Notes: generated from the letters alone by a model not told the origin. A DNA stretch of 20,000 nt from an uncultured virus (IMG/VR IMGVR_UViG_3300025122_000011) (IMGVR_UViG_3300025122_000011); one strand, 5' to 3'. Counted from the stretch's first letter, positions 1 to 8,659 are shown. Numbers and translations are program-made.

Positions 1-813
1 AAGGCTTTGTTTTCATACTATCAAAATGGCAAAGATCCTCAAGCCAAGTATTTCTGCTTATTAGGAATGGGCCAAATTGGTGGTAATACCAATAGAAATA
101 AATTGTTGATAGAGCTTGGCCTAGGTCGTAAAACACTTGATCGTCCATGGGCTGCTCTTGGATTAGGTATCATGAGTTTCCATCGCTTCGAAAATGATAA
201 ACACGCTAGAGTTGATAACCTTGTAGGTGATTGTATTTTGAAGCAGTTAAAATCAGTTAAAGCTCCAGAAGCTAGAAGTGCATTCGCTATTGCTCTTGGC
301 TTGTGTCGTTATGAGAAGGGTTCCAGCGAACTAATGAATCTACTGGTAAAATATCGTCACCAGGACGAATTCGCTGGCTACCTCTGCATTAGTCTAGCAC
401 TGATGAACGAACAAAAAGCAAAGAGAGATATCCATGAAGTAGTTAGCGGGGCTGTACGCCGCCCGGAGCTTCTTCAACAGGCTGCAATTGCTCTTGGTAA
501 ACTTGGAGATAGGACTGTAACTCAAACTCTAATAGGTATGCTACAGGAGAAAGAAACCAATCTAGCCAAAATGAGTGCTATTGCTTCTGCGTTAGGATTT
601 ATTGGAGATCGTAGGACCATTGCTCCTCTGAAAAAGATATTGTTTAATGACTCCCTAACCCCTCTGAGCCGTGCTTTCGCAGCGGTTGCTCTAGGTGGGG
701 TTGCAGATAAAGAGAAGTTGCCCTGGAACTCTAAGATTGCTCGCAACATGAACTATAGGGGTGCAGTGGAAACTCTAACTCAGTCTGGATCTGGAATTTT
801 GGATATCCTGTAA
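1..813 (+). CDS. HEAT-repeat (PBS-lyase-like) protein, 5'-truncated by window edge
   Basis: Repeated helical units such as 'RSAFAIALGL', 'QQAAIALGKLGD', 'SAIASALGFIGDRRTIAPL', 'RAFAAVALGGVAD'; frame is open back to base 1. Confidence 0.8.
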   Translation, partial: KALFSYYQNGKDPQAKYFCLLGMGQIGGNTNRNKLLIELGLGRKTLDRPWAALGLGIMSFHRFENDKHARVDNLVGDCILKQLKSVKAPEARSAFAIALGLCRYEKGSSELMNLLVKYRHQDEFAGYLCISLALMNEQKAKRDIHEVVSGAVRRPELLQQAAIALGKLGDRTVTQTLIGMLQEKETNLAKMSAIASALGFIGDRRTIAPLKKILFNDSLTPLSRAFAAVALGGVADKEKLPWNSKIARNMNYRGAVETLTQSGSGILDIL

Positions 814-826
814 AAATGGCTTACAA

Positions 827-1039
827 GTGCAAGCAGGAATCATAATAACCAAACGCTCTGCTAAAGAGATCAGAAGCATCATAAAGGAACAGAACTACGA
901 TGCCTCTGTGATGGTCAGAATCGGCACTAAGGGAGGCGGGTGTGCAGGCATGACATACGTGTTAGACTTCGATAAGGACGGTGCAAGCGAATTTGACCTC
1001 ACCTACGAGCAAGGTTGTGGAACGTCCTTCTCAGTCTAA
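827..1039 (+). CDS. iscA: IscA/HesB-family A-type Fe-S carrier homolog with in-frame internal deletion (possible pseudogene)
   Basis: N-terminal 'IIITKRSAKEI..VRIGTKGGGCAGMTYVLDF' and C-terminal 'GCGTSFSV' match the family, but it is only 70 aa and the middle segment plus the first Cys of CGCG are absent. Confidence 0.75.
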   Translation: MQAGIIITKRSAKEIRSIIKEQNYDASVMVRIGTKGGGCAGMTYVLDFDKDGASEFDLTYEQGCGTSFSV

Positions 1040-1897
1040 CTAAGTACCATACTTATGCCAGTTTCGATCATAGCTAGGCACAGATCTTAGCTGGGCAGGA
1101 ATTAGACCATCGAAAAAGCCCCTATTCTTTAGATGTAAAGCAAGATTATGAATAAGATTTCTCATATCTCCTGAGTTTTCATTTACAGGAGCATAATCTC
1201 CACCCATCCATCCCCACGATGCCGAGTTCCTTGCGCAGACAGCCCCGTGAGGATTGCCAACCGCCCAGTCCCCCCAATAATTTTGGTTACTTTCTATCTT
1301 GCCAGATGCTCCCCAAGGATCCACGACTGTCACTTCTGGAAAACTTATAACATCTTGCACAGATTCAGAATACGCTCCCCCCATGCTGGACAGCCAAGGT
1401 CTTCGATCAACTCCGATAGTGCTAATTACCCTACTCATAGGTCCGACCGTCCCGTCCGCACTAGACAACGGCCCGGATGTAGAATAAGTATTTCCCTTAA
1501 TATCTTGATCATATCGAATAACTTGGAATTCCTGGGGAACAAAAGTTGAAGACCCAGTCCACGTTCCCGTAACAATCGTCCTATCATGAGAGGCAGTAAC
1601 CTTAATTCTAAGTTCTGATGCTTGAATCGCTTGCATAGCAGAAGTGTAGCCAGCGTTGCTCACCGCACCTCCAGCCACGCACGAACTGAGCATAAGACCT
1701 CTTCCCACTCTCATATAATCTGTGGGCGTCAACTTAGGTTGACGATATATGTCTAAGTACAGGGTTTGAGTCGTGACCATGGCAACGCCTTCGAAGGGAG
1801 TCGATGTCGAAACGTCAGAAAGAGAATAAGAACTAGCATTAGTTTGTGCGTAGGCATTAGAGCTAGGATCTAGGGGAGCAATGATAGGAGCAGCCAT
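1040..1897 (-). CDS. hypothetical protein (Ser/Thr/Gly-rich, possibly virion-associated)
   Basis: 285-aa ORF with GAGG SD-like sequence upstream; no recognised motif. Confidence 0.65.
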   Translation of the reverse strand: MAAPIIAPLDPSSNAYAQTNASSYSLSDVSTSTPFEGVAMVTTQTLYLDIYRQPKLTPTDYMRVGRGLMLSSCVAGGAVSNAGYTSAMQAIQASELRIKVTASHDRTIVTGTWTGSSTFVPQEFQVIRYDQDIKGNTYSTSGPLSSADGTVGPMSRVISTIGVDRRPWLSSMGGAYSESVQDVISFPEVTVVDPWGASGKIESNQNYWGDWAVGNPHGAVCARNSASWGWMGGDYAPVNENSGDMRNLIHNLALHLKNRGFFDGLIPAQLRSVPSYDRNWHKYGT

Positions 1898-1967
1898 AAG
1901 TAAAGTTACCTCTCAAATATATAGTTTAGTTCAACGCTTAGACTCTAAATAATGTGGAGATTTACAT

Positions 1968-2177
1968 ATGACTATCCAAAATGATATTCTAACCCATTTA
2001 GATGATGCAGCAGCATCTTACGCAAAACTGCTAATTGAAAGAAAAGCTATTGAGACTAGTTTATACAAAGCATATAGTCTAATAGGGCATTTTATGCCAC
2101 CTCAGGAGAGCCCTGAATTCCTAGAGCCTACGACAAATGATAAATGGCAAGCACTAAACGAGGATACTGATGACTGA
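1968..2177 (+). CDS. hypothetical protein
   Basis: 69-aa ORF, GGAG SD upstream, overlaps start of next gene. Confidence 0.6.
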   Translation: MTIQNDILTHLDDAAASYAKLLIERKAIETSLYKAYSLIGHFMPPQESPEFLEPTTNDKWQALNEDTDD

Positions 2178-3588
2178 AATTCAAGACCAATTTGATAACG
2201 TTAAAAATAGTTTAGGAGACTTTATAACCGCAGGCGATGATTTAGCTACAAATGTAGCTTCACTTCACAAAACTATCAATCAAGGGGGATTGGGTCAGTC
2301 TACTGTAGCTGATAGCGATACAATCACTAGCTTTGCCATTACCTGGAAATTCGATAAAAAATACCCTGTTGGGCAGTATGCTAATGGAGATTGGTGGGTA
2401 GTAGGACCAGTCAACGTGGTAAGCATTACTCCTGAATCTAAATTAGGGGCCTTTGGATCGACGACGAGAATCGCTAACGGTTCACAAATCAATCCTACGG
2501 TGAGCGCAGCCCAAGGGTATGATAATGAAATGAAATGGACAAGTTACGTTGCTGCCCTAAATGTAGCATTTAATGTATCCCAGACCAAGCAACTCACAGT
2601 ACCTGTAAATTCCTCTTTAATCTCTACAAAAAGTGTAGTTGCAACTAAGGCTAGACCTCAACTCTCAGATGCGAGCGTATTAACCGTGGTAGCCTCAGCC
2701 CCCCAGCCAGGAGATTTCAGACCTGCATACGTAGGAGCAAGTAAGGTTTCTACTTTCAACGCAAGTAATATTGATTATTCTCTACTAAAAAGCCTTGCTC
2801 CCGCTTCTACTCCCCTATCTTGGCCTAAAATGGAGAGAATCGTAGAAAGAGTTTACTTGGATCACATTCCTGATTTCCCGTCAAGAAACCAGCATCCAAG
2901 TAATAACATGAGTCCATATGGCAGAGATCTTTGCTATGACTTAGCCCAAGTAGCTGCAATGCTTCACACTGATGCAACTATAGCCCAAAAGACAAAAACT
3001 GTAATTGGACTGATTCAAATTGGAATTGACATTTACGGAGTTGCACTTAACGCTGGGAATACGATGTGGCCTGCTAATGGAGGTCATGCTAGTGGAAGAG
3101 TCTGGCCTCCAATTTTTGCGGGACTAATGCTAAATGACCCTGCAATGCAAAACGTTAGAAACATTGCAGACTTCGGAGAAACTGATCAATGCTTCTACGT
3201 AGAGTTCACTGGCAAAGACCCGCTGAACACTTCATCATGGAATAATGGTTATGGTGGTTATAAGCTTGAACACAGCGGTATGCCAGAATGGGGAATTAGA
3301 CATAGACTAAGGCCCTGGAAGGATGAACTGTGGTGGCATAGAAACTATCGAGAATGTTGCACCGCAGCGTCTTGGTATGGAAATGCTTTCGCAGCCGATG
3401 TAATGGGAGCTAGAGCATTGTGGAAATCTGATGCCTTCTTTGATTATATGGAACGTTATAATTTCTATGCTAAGTTCTGGAGCGGTAAATACGTATATTG
3501 GGGAGATCCTCTAGCTTATAGGATGTGGGAAAAATACACAGACAAATATTCAGTTAGGATTGATAAGACGCCGCCGATGCCAAGGTGA
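2170..3588 (+). CDS. hypothetical protein resembling bacterial secreted/carbohydrate-active-type proteins of unknown function
   Basis: 472 aa, GAGG SD; 'ITWKFDKKYPVGQYANGDWWVVGPV' and aromatic-rich C-terminal half; family resemblance from memory only. Confidence 0.7.
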   Translation: MTEIQDQFDNVKNSLGDFITAGDDLATNVASLHKTINQGGLGQSTVADSDTITSFAITWKFDKKYPVGQYANGDWWVVGPVNVVSITPESKLGAFGSTTRIANGSQINPTVSAAQGYDNEMKWTSYVAALNVAFNVSQTKQLTVPVNSSLISTKSVVATKARPQLSDASVLTVVASAPQPGDFRPAYVGASKVSTFNASNIDYSLLKSLAPASTPLSWPKMERIVERVYLDHIPDFPSRNQHPSNNMSPYGRDLCYDLAQVAAMLHTDATIAQKTKTVIGLIQIGIDIYGVALNAGNTMWPANGGHASGRVWPPIFAGLMLNDPAMQNVRNIADFGETDQCFYVEFTGKDPLNTSSWNNGYGGYKLEHSGMPEWGIRHRLRPWKDELWWHRNYRECCTAASWYGNAFAADVMGARALWKSDAFFDYMERYNFYAKFWSGKYVYWGDPLAYRMWEKYTDKYSVRIDKTPPMPR

Positions 3589-3595
3589 TAGCTAC

Positions 3596-4237
3596 TTATC
3601 GGGGTTTTACTTTGGATGCTGGTTTCTTGATCGCAGCCGTGGATTGGTCAACCTTCTTCTTCCACTCTTTCTTTTCTTCATCGGTTGGCTCATAGTTAGG
3701 ATCTCGACTGGCAAGGACCTTTGGGTCTACATTAGCTTTTGCGCGTTTTCGGGCGGTGCGATGCGCTGCGTCCACCGTTATCTTGGACGGTATACCCTCT
3801 TCCATAAACTTAGCATTAGAATCTCTCAGAATTTCAGGATCTATTGAAGGAACTGGTTGATCGACACCTTGATATACTTGTGTCTTTACCCCATCTACCA
3901 ACTCGTGGGAATACGATATTTGTCCTCTTCGTCCCGCCTCTCGCCCCCTATCAGCATCATAGACTGCGGGCTCCTTGGGCTTAAGCGCGTTTGCCTTCAT
4001 CTTCTTGGCATTCTGGGCTCTCGTGGCCTTCCTCCCCAGATGGAGTTGAGTCCTTGGTGCTTCTGTATTGAATTTCCCAGTGTATCCACGCCGATTGTCA
4101 GTGCTGGCTTTAGGACCCATATTGCCTTGAGGAGAAGTGGGAGAGGTTCGGATTGGGGTAGCTGCCGCTACTGCTATCCTTGCAGACCTACTGGCTCTCC
4201 GTGTTTCATCTGTCTTTTCTTTACTAATATGATTCAT
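3596..4237 (-). CDS. hypothetical Lys/Arg-rich, probably disordered protein
   Basis: 213-aa ORF, AGGA SD upstream. Confidence 0.65.
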   Translation of the reverse strand: MNHISKEKTDETRRASRSARIAVAAATPIRTSPTSPQGNMGPKASTDNRRGYTGKFNTEAPRTQLHLGRKATRAQNAKKMKANALKPKEPAVYDADRGREAGRRGQISYSHELVDGVKTQVYQGVDQPVPSIDPEILRDSNAKFMEEGIPSKITVDAAHRTARKRAKANVDPKVLASRDPNYEPTDEEKKEWKKKVDQSTAAIKKPASKVKPR

Positions 4238-4329
4238 AATATTTTCCTAATTTAGGCATGTACATTGCCCATGTCTTATTTAGACATGCAATCTATTCAA
4301 ATAATGATGAATTTATTCAAGGTTATTCA

Positions 4330-4373
4330 GGAGTCCCTTAAATCCTAATAGGAGTCCCTTAGAACTTTTAGAA
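4330..4373 (+). repeat. direct repeat copy A (two GGAGTCCC boxes) upstream of glycosyltransferase
   Basis: 28-bp TAATAGGAGTCCCTTAGAACTTTTAGAA at 4346-4373 is identical to 5190-5217. Confidence 0.9.
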
Positions 4374-4405
4374 ACTGCTTTTAGTAGTCCCACTATAATG
4401 TAAGT

Positions 4406-5173
4406 ATGATTATTTACACGTATATCTTTTGTTGGAATGAAGAGAAGATACTACCTTTCACTTTAGACCATTATTCTCAGTTTAGTGATAGAATTTTTTT
4501 ATTAGACAATTATTCAACTGATAAGAGCTTGAAAATTGCTAGTAAGTATAATAAGGTAACAGTCATTCCAATCTCTTGTGAAGAAGACGATGACACTTAC
4601 GATGAGTATAAATCAGCTAAACTTAGATCTACTATTTACAAAGATGAAACTTACGGATTTCATGCAACAAATAAAGCAGATTGGGCAATTTTAGTAGATG
4701 CAGATGAGTTTGTTTACCATCCTAATATAATAAAAATATTAAAGAATTATAAGGAACAAGGCGTTGCAATTCCCAGGTTAGCAGGTTATGATATGATTTC
4801 TAATAAATTCCCATCCCACAAAAAAGGAATTTTACTCACAGACATAGTAAAAAAAGGCAATGCTAGTATAACACAGTGTAAACCTGTAATGATAGATCCA
4901 AACAAAGTAGAGGTAAAGTTTAGTGTTGGAGCACATTTTCATTCTCAAGTTACGGGGGCTGCACTACCTTCCATACTAGCAGATATTAAACTGTTACATT
5001 ATAAGAATTTAAGTAAAGAGTATGTGATAGCTCGATATAAACAACTAGCACCTCGTTCATCCTGCACCAACAAAGCTAATAAGTTTGGAGAGCACTGGTA
5101 TTCCAAGAGAAGTCATAAAGGTATACAAGAGGGATTTGAAAATAGTTATAAAAAATCTAAGAATGTTATTTAG
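4406..5173 (+). CDS. glycosyltransferase family 2 (GT-A fold)
   Basis: 'IFCWNEEKILPFTLDHY', 'LLDNYSTDKS', DxD motif in 'DWAILVDADEF', 'LLHYK'; TATAAT at 4394-4399 lies 6 nt before the ATG. Confidence 0.9.
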   Translation: MIIYTYIFCWNEEKILPFTLDHYSQFSDRIFLLDNYSTDKSLKIASKYNKVTVIPISCEEDDDTYDEYKSAKLRSTIYKDETYGFHATNKADWAILVDADEFVYHPNIIKILKNYKEQGVAIPRLAGYDMISNKFPSHKKGILLTDIVKKGNASITQCKPVMIDPNKVEVKFSVGAHFHSQVTGAALPSILADIKLLHYKNLSKEYVIARYKQLAPRSSCTNKANKFGEHWYSKRSHKGIQEGFENSYKKSKNVI

Positions 5174-5176
5174 TAA

Positions 5177-5217
5177 GGAGTCCCAATTTTAATAGGAGTC
5201 CCTTAGAACTTTTAGAA
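5177..5217 (+). repeat. direct repeat copy B downstream of glycosyltransferase
   Basis: Same two-box GGAGTCCC arrangement as 4330-4373; a further box at 5280-5287. Confidence 0.9.
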
Positions 5218-5304
5218 CTAATTTGAGTAACTATAAAATAAGATAGATACTGTGTATATGGGGCGAAGCCGATGGAACAGGAGTCCCAAAAACGTAAAGC
5301 ATAT

Positions 5305-5378
5305 ATACGTTATACCGCAAGCATACATACATAAAACTTACATACGTTATACCGCAAGCATACATACATAAAACTTAC
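5305..5378. repeat. perfect 37-bp tandem duplication
   Basis: ATACGTTATACCGCAAGCATACATACATAAAACTTAC at 5305-5341 and 5342-5378. Confidence 0.95.
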
Positions 5379-5396
5379 ATCATCCCTGGTCTACTA

Positions 5397-5457
5397 GACT
5401 TAGGACCATCAGCACCGGGCGCAGCCCTAAGTCCTTACACACCAACACCTTATGAGC
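5397..5457 (+). repeat. module-boundary element copy 1 (inner hairpin divergent)
   Basis: GACTTAGG...CCTAAGTCCTTACACACCAACACCTTATGAGC. Confidence 0.9.
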
Positions 5458-5500
5458 CCTAAGAAAAGTGAGAAAAGACGAAAAACCAGGAATGTTAGGC

Positions 5501-5528
5501 TTGACAGATCCGAAATATGCTATACAAT
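5501..5528 (+). promoter_or_regulatory. sigma70-type early promoter, leaderless
   Basis: TTGACA-16-TACAAT, ATG 6 nt downstream (5535). Confidence 0.85.
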
Positions 5529-5534
5529 GGAGGC

Positions 5535-5723
5535 ATGAAACACAGAAAAGAACTACTCCCTCGCCGTTGGGTTCAGCTCTTGGAAGCGTACGCTTCCCGT
5601 TACCCTCAGGGTGTCGTTGTTATGCGCTACCACAGCAAGCCTGTGGCGTTTGATACCTTGGCTGAGGCTGAGGATTTCGCCCAAGGTTGTGGCGATTTCG
5701 CCTCTTTTCTAGCATTGAGCTAA
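5535..5723 (+). CDS. small hypothetical early protein
   Basis: MKHRKELL..., start re-assigned to ATG at promoter +1. Confidence 0.7.
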   Translation: MKHRKELLPRRWVQLLEAYASRYPQGVVVMRYHSKPVAFDTLAEAEDFAQGCGDFASFLALS

Positions 5724-5747
5724 AAGAAATCTTTTCTGAGAAAGTTC

Positions 5748-5775
5748 TTGCAATATCCGAAAAGTGCTGTATGAT
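5748..5775 (+). promoter_or_regulatory. sigma70-type early promoter, leaderless
   Basis: TTGCAA-16-TATGAT, ATG 6 nt downstream (5782). Confidence 0.8.
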
Positions 5776-5781
5776 GGAAGC

Positions 5782-5994
5782 ATGAATTCACAGAAACCTA
5801 CTAACATGACCTTCGACCAGTTCCTAGAATTCCTCACGCACCTCGATTGGTTCTACGCTATGAGTGACGATCACTCGGTGTATACCAGAGGCCACAAGGC
5901 TTGTAGGGATGCCCTCACGCTTGCCGAGACCAATGGACCCGACTGGGTTGATGCTTACAAGGCTGAACGTATAAAGCACAAAATCAACCCCTAG
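5782..5994 (+). CDS. small hypothetical early protein
   Basis: MNSQKPT...; contains 'LDWFYAMSDDHSVY' segment; start at promoter +1. Confidence 0.75.
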   Translation: MNSQKPTNMTFDQFLEFLTHLDWFYAMSDDHSVYTRGHKACRDALTLAETNGPDWVDAYKAERIKHKINP

Positions 5995-5996
5995 AC

Positions 5997-6024
5997 TTGA
6001 CAGATCCTAAAAACAGTGTATGAT
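5997..6024 (+). promoter_or_regulatory. sigma70-type early promoter, leaderless
   Basis: TTGACA-16-TATGAT, ATG 6 nt downstream (6031). Confidence 0.85.
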
Positions 6025-6030
6025 ATACGC

Positions 6031-6201
6031 ATGAACCATCCGAAAAACAACCTTCCCCACTGCGACCACTGCGACGAGCCCACCTCTTGGCTGATCGAGG
6101 TCGAGGTTCCTGGGACTCTCCGCGAAGAGTTGCTGTGCGAGGACTGCCTGGATCGTGACATCGAAGGCCCCGACGATTACCACTTGCAGGACGAGTTTTA
6201 A
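6031..6201 (+). CDS. small acidic zinc-finger protein
   Basis: CDHC...CEDC pair, acidic tail. Confidence 0.75.
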   Translation: MNHPKNNLPHCDHCDEPTSWLIEVEVPGTLREELLCEDCLDRDIEGPDDYHLQDEF

Positions 6202-6422
6202 TGGAACACAAGAAAAACACCGAGGATCTTAGCTCGCTCTTCATCGGGCAGGACCAAGCGGACCGACAGGCTCGCTACCTTGCCTCCAAAAAGAAGAGTC
6301 GAGATGGCCAAGCGCACTGGTCAGAAGTCCTTGGCGATGATTCCGCTCTAGCGAATGTAATTGGTACTGAGGCAGTTGAGATCCTGCTCGGTCTGACCAT
6401 CATAAAGCGAGCAGAGAAATAG
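6201..6422 (+). CDS. small hypothetical protein
   Basis: TAATG coupling to upstream gene; TAG stop overlaps boundary element. Confidence 0.7.
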   Translation: MEHKKNTEDLSSLFIGQDQADRQARYLASKKKSRDGQAHWSEVLGDDSALANVIGTEAVEILLGLTIIKRAEK

Positions 6423-6484
6423 ACTTAGGCCCCTTCGGGGCCGGGGCGCAGCCCTAAGTCCTTACACACCAACACCTTATGAGC
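6422..6484 (+). repeat. module-boundary element copy 2
   Basis: GACTTAGGCCCCTTCGGGGCCGGGGCGCAGCCCTAAGTCCTTACACACCAACACCTTATGAGC. Confidence 0.95.
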
Positions 6485-6528
6485 AAAAACTATTTGAGGA
6501 ACTTAATAGAAAACCCAGAGGACTAGGC

Positions 6529-6556
6529 TTGACAGACTCCGAAATTAGTGTATAAT
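6529..6556 (+). promoter_or_regulatory. sigma70-type early promoter, leaderless
   Basis: TTGACA-16-TATAAT, ATG 6 nt downstream (6563). Confidence 0.9.
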
Positions 6557-6562
6557 AGAACC

Positions 6563-7033
6563 ATGCCCAACACACTCAAAGTTACCTTCAAGGCCAGCAT
6601 CGACGACCGTCTCGAATCTTTCGCGCTCATCATGCAGCATCTCGATAAGCTCGATAAGCTCGGCACGCTCACCGTCAAGCTTGACTTTGACAATACGGTG
6701 ACAGGGGAGGGATCGAGCGGCAGCGTGAATCCTCACTACGACCCGAACCCGTTCGACGGTCCCACATTGCACGAGCTTCGGCGAGAGGCTGCTGATTTCG
6801 CCACGTTCGTCGATGCCGACTACGATAGGGTACGGGAGTATCTCAGTGACCGACTCAATAGAGAGGTGAATGTCACAATCCTGCGCGAAACGGTGAGGCA
6901 TCTCGTCAATCGTCAATCCATCTCCGCGATCAAATACATACGGGAACAACTTCGGCTGAGTCTACACTCTTCCAAGGCTATCGTTGACGCTATCAAGGTT
7001 TGGCGAAAGACCATCCGACAGAGGAAGGATTAG
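6563..7033 (+). CDS. protein with C-terminal ribosomal bL12 (L7/L12) CTD-like domain
   Basis: 'SISAIKYIREQLRLSLHSSKAIVDAI' resembles the bL12 CTD pattern KIxxIKxVRExxGLGLKEAKxxV. Confidence 0.6.
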   Translation: MPNTLKVTFKASIDDRLESFALIMQHLDKLDKLGTLTVKLDFDNTVTGEGSSGSVNPHYDPNPFDGPTLHELRREAADFATFVDADYDRVREYLSDRLNREVNVTILRETVRHLVNRQSISAIKYIREQLRLSLHSSKAIVDAIKVWRKTIRQRKD

Positions 7034-7043
7034 AAGACTAGGC

Positions 7044-7071
7044 TTGACAGACTACAAAATTAGTGTAGAAT
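7044..7071 (+). promoter_or_regulatory. sigma70-type early promoter, leaderless
   Basis: TTGACA-16-TAGAAT, ATG 6 nt downstream (7078). Confidence 0.85.
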
Positions 7072-7077
7072 AGAAAC

Positions 7078-7431
7078 ATGAACATCACGATCACACAAGG
7101 GAAAGGCTTTCATCTCAACTTTGACAATGGCTGGGTTCTCAGCATTCAGGTTGGCGAGTTCAATTACTGTGCCAATCGTGACATTCACTTCGAAGATCGC
7201 CTCGATAGCGGGAGAAGTGTTTCTTGCCCCGACGCGGAAATCGCGGTATGGCATAAGGAGGAGCACGGAATGTTACATCTCGGGGCGGATACGGTCGCGG
7301 GTTGGGTTCCTGGAAATACGGTTCTCAAAGTTGTAAATTATCTGAACCGCACTAAGTTGGGTAACGGTCGCAGGTTACAGGTTGGCCGTCAACTCGCCAA
7401 GATCCTACGCGCAAACCCTCCTGCTGAATAG
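7078..7431 (+). CDS. hypothetical phage protein
   Basis: 117 aa, 'GFHLNFDNGWVLSIQ...NYC...AEIAVW' pattern; start at promoter +1. Confidence 0.8.
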   Translation: MNITITQGKGFHLNFDNGWVLSIQVGEFNYCANRDIHFEDRLDSGRSVSCPDAEIAVWHKEEHGMLHLGADTVAGWVPGNTVLKVVNYLNRTKLGNGRRLQVGRQLAKILRANPPAE

Positions 7432-7494
7432 ACTTAGGCCCCTTCGGGGCCGGGGCGAAATTCCTAAGTCCCTACACACCAACACCTTATGAGC
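7431..7494 (+). repeat. module-boundary element copy 3
   Basis: Near-identical to copies 2, 4 and 5; overlaps TAG stop. Confidence 0.95.
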
Positions 7495-7537
7495 CCTAAG
7501 AAAAGTGAGAAAAGACGAAAAACCCAGAGGACTAGGC

Positions 7538-7565
7538 TTGACAGACTCCGAAATTAGTGTAAGAT
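7538..7565 (+). promoter_or_regulatory. sigma70-type early promoter, leaderless
   Basis: TTGACA-16-TAAGAT, ATG 6 nt downstream (7572). Confidence 0.85.
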
Positions 7566-7571
7566 AGAGGC

Positions 7572-7757
7572 ATGGTGTCAATCAAAGCATTTACGAGCCC
7601 GAGCGGGCTGTTCACCCTCAACGTTTTCGATAAGGGCGACCTCGTTCGCACCTTCACAGGTCAGAGGAATACGGTGTTCCGTATGTTCGATGAGTGGCTT
7701 GCGTCTCTCGCAATGGCCCCTAACACTACCAAAAAGTCACTTCACAACTCAATCTAG
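7572..7757 (+). CDS. small hypothetical early protein
   Basis: 61 aa starting at promoter +1. Confidence 0.7.
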   Translation: MVSIKAFTSPSGLFTLNVFDKGDLVRTFTGQRNTVFRMFDEWLASLAMAPNTTKKSLHNSI

Positions 7758-7759
7758 CC

Positions 7760-8095
7760 ATGATTATCCACTCATACGAAAACAACCCCACCCATTGCAC
7801 GGGTTGCCACGTTCTGTTCACAGGTTCCTGCTCCCCCATGAGCCAGACCCAGATCATCGACATACAAGGCGATCTTGACTATATCGAATTGTTTTGCGAC
7901 GACTGCGCGGAAGCGGGTATGGGCGAAGAGTGCGACAAGTTCCCGAGAGGGCTCACGCTCGACGGCCCCTGCGACGATGAGATCGACGAATACGACGAGT
8001 ACGATCACGATGATCAGTATGACTGGGATTCGGGGATGGCGTCCGCAGGTTTTGGCATGGACGAGGACTATGGCTGTTTCGGGGACGACTTCTAA
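7760..8095 (+). CDS. highly acidic Cys-rich (zinc-finger) protein
   Basis: CTGC...CDDC, Asp/Glu-rich C-terminus ending 'DSGMASAGFGMDEDYG'. Confidence 0.75.
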   Translation: MIIHSYENNPTHCTGCHVLFTGSCSPMSQTQIIDIQGDLDYIELFCDDCAEAGMGEECDKFPRGLTLDGPCDDEIDEYDEYDHDDQYDWDSGMASAGFGMDEDYGCFGDDF

Positions 8096-8205
8096 TGAAA
8101 GACACAAATAACTGTTTTCCTTCTAGTCCATGGGACGTAATCGCGTTCCTGCCCTTCCTGCTCCTGCTTATCCTTTGCATCATTCTGGGTTTCACACTCT
8201 ACTAG
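8095..8205 (+). CDS. 36-aa single-pass membrane peptide (not in ORF track)
   Basis: MKDTNNCFPSSPWDVIAFLPFLLLLILCIILGFTLY*, TAATG coupling. Confidence 0.6.
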   Translation: MKDTNNCFPSSPWDVIAFLPFLLLLILCIILGFTLY

Positions 8206-8511
8206 GTGATATTAAGGATCGTTACACTCGTCGTGGTGAGTATAAATAGTGTGTTCTAAGCCACGAGCGTCCGCATCTTACAAGTGGTAATTTGCGGGGA
8301 GACACCCATTAGCACTAATTGCTAGGTTGCAAACTAGCAGGGGACAAAGGATATTAGTGTTGTGTTTAATATTGTATTAGATCTATCGCCTGAGGCAAGA
8401 GATAGAAAGAAGCTACATTACTTGGGTCTGACTCAACACGTTCCTTCTAGAGGATGCGAGACAGAGCAGTAAGAGAGTTTCTTCGACAAGCCTCCCCATT
8501 AATATCGCTAG
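8202..8511 (+). ncRNA. candidate ~310-nt structured ncRNA, family unknown
   Basis: Largely ORF-free; closing helix GTGATATTAA(8206-15)/TTAATATCGC(8499-508) and several internal stems. Confidence 0.55.
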
Positions 8512-8552
8512 AAGTCGCAAGTTCCATCCCCGCTAAAGGCTTTGCTAGGCTA

Positions 8553-8616
8553 GGCTTAGGCCCCTTCGGGGCCGGGGCGAAATCCCTAAGTCCCTACACA
8601 CCAACACCTTATGAGC
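8553..8616 (+). repeat. module-boundary element copy 4
   Basis: GGCTTAGGCCCCTTCGGGGCCGGGGCGAAATCCCTAAGTCCCTACACACCAACACCTTATGAGC. Confidence 0.95.
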
Positions 8617-8659
8617 AAAAACTATTTGAGAAATCTAGCGACTTCCCTAAAACTACCCC

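Noticed and set aside
3560..4255. + strand ORFs 3560-3847 and 3857-4255, and other antisense shadows (e.g. 522-749, 6545-6949, 7772-8107, 9159-9422, 15221-15508)
   Set aside because: Shadows of longer or better supported genes on the opposite strand
6427..6450. Boundary hairpin as a classical intrinsic terminator
   Set aside because: No U-tract follows the GC hairpin in any copy
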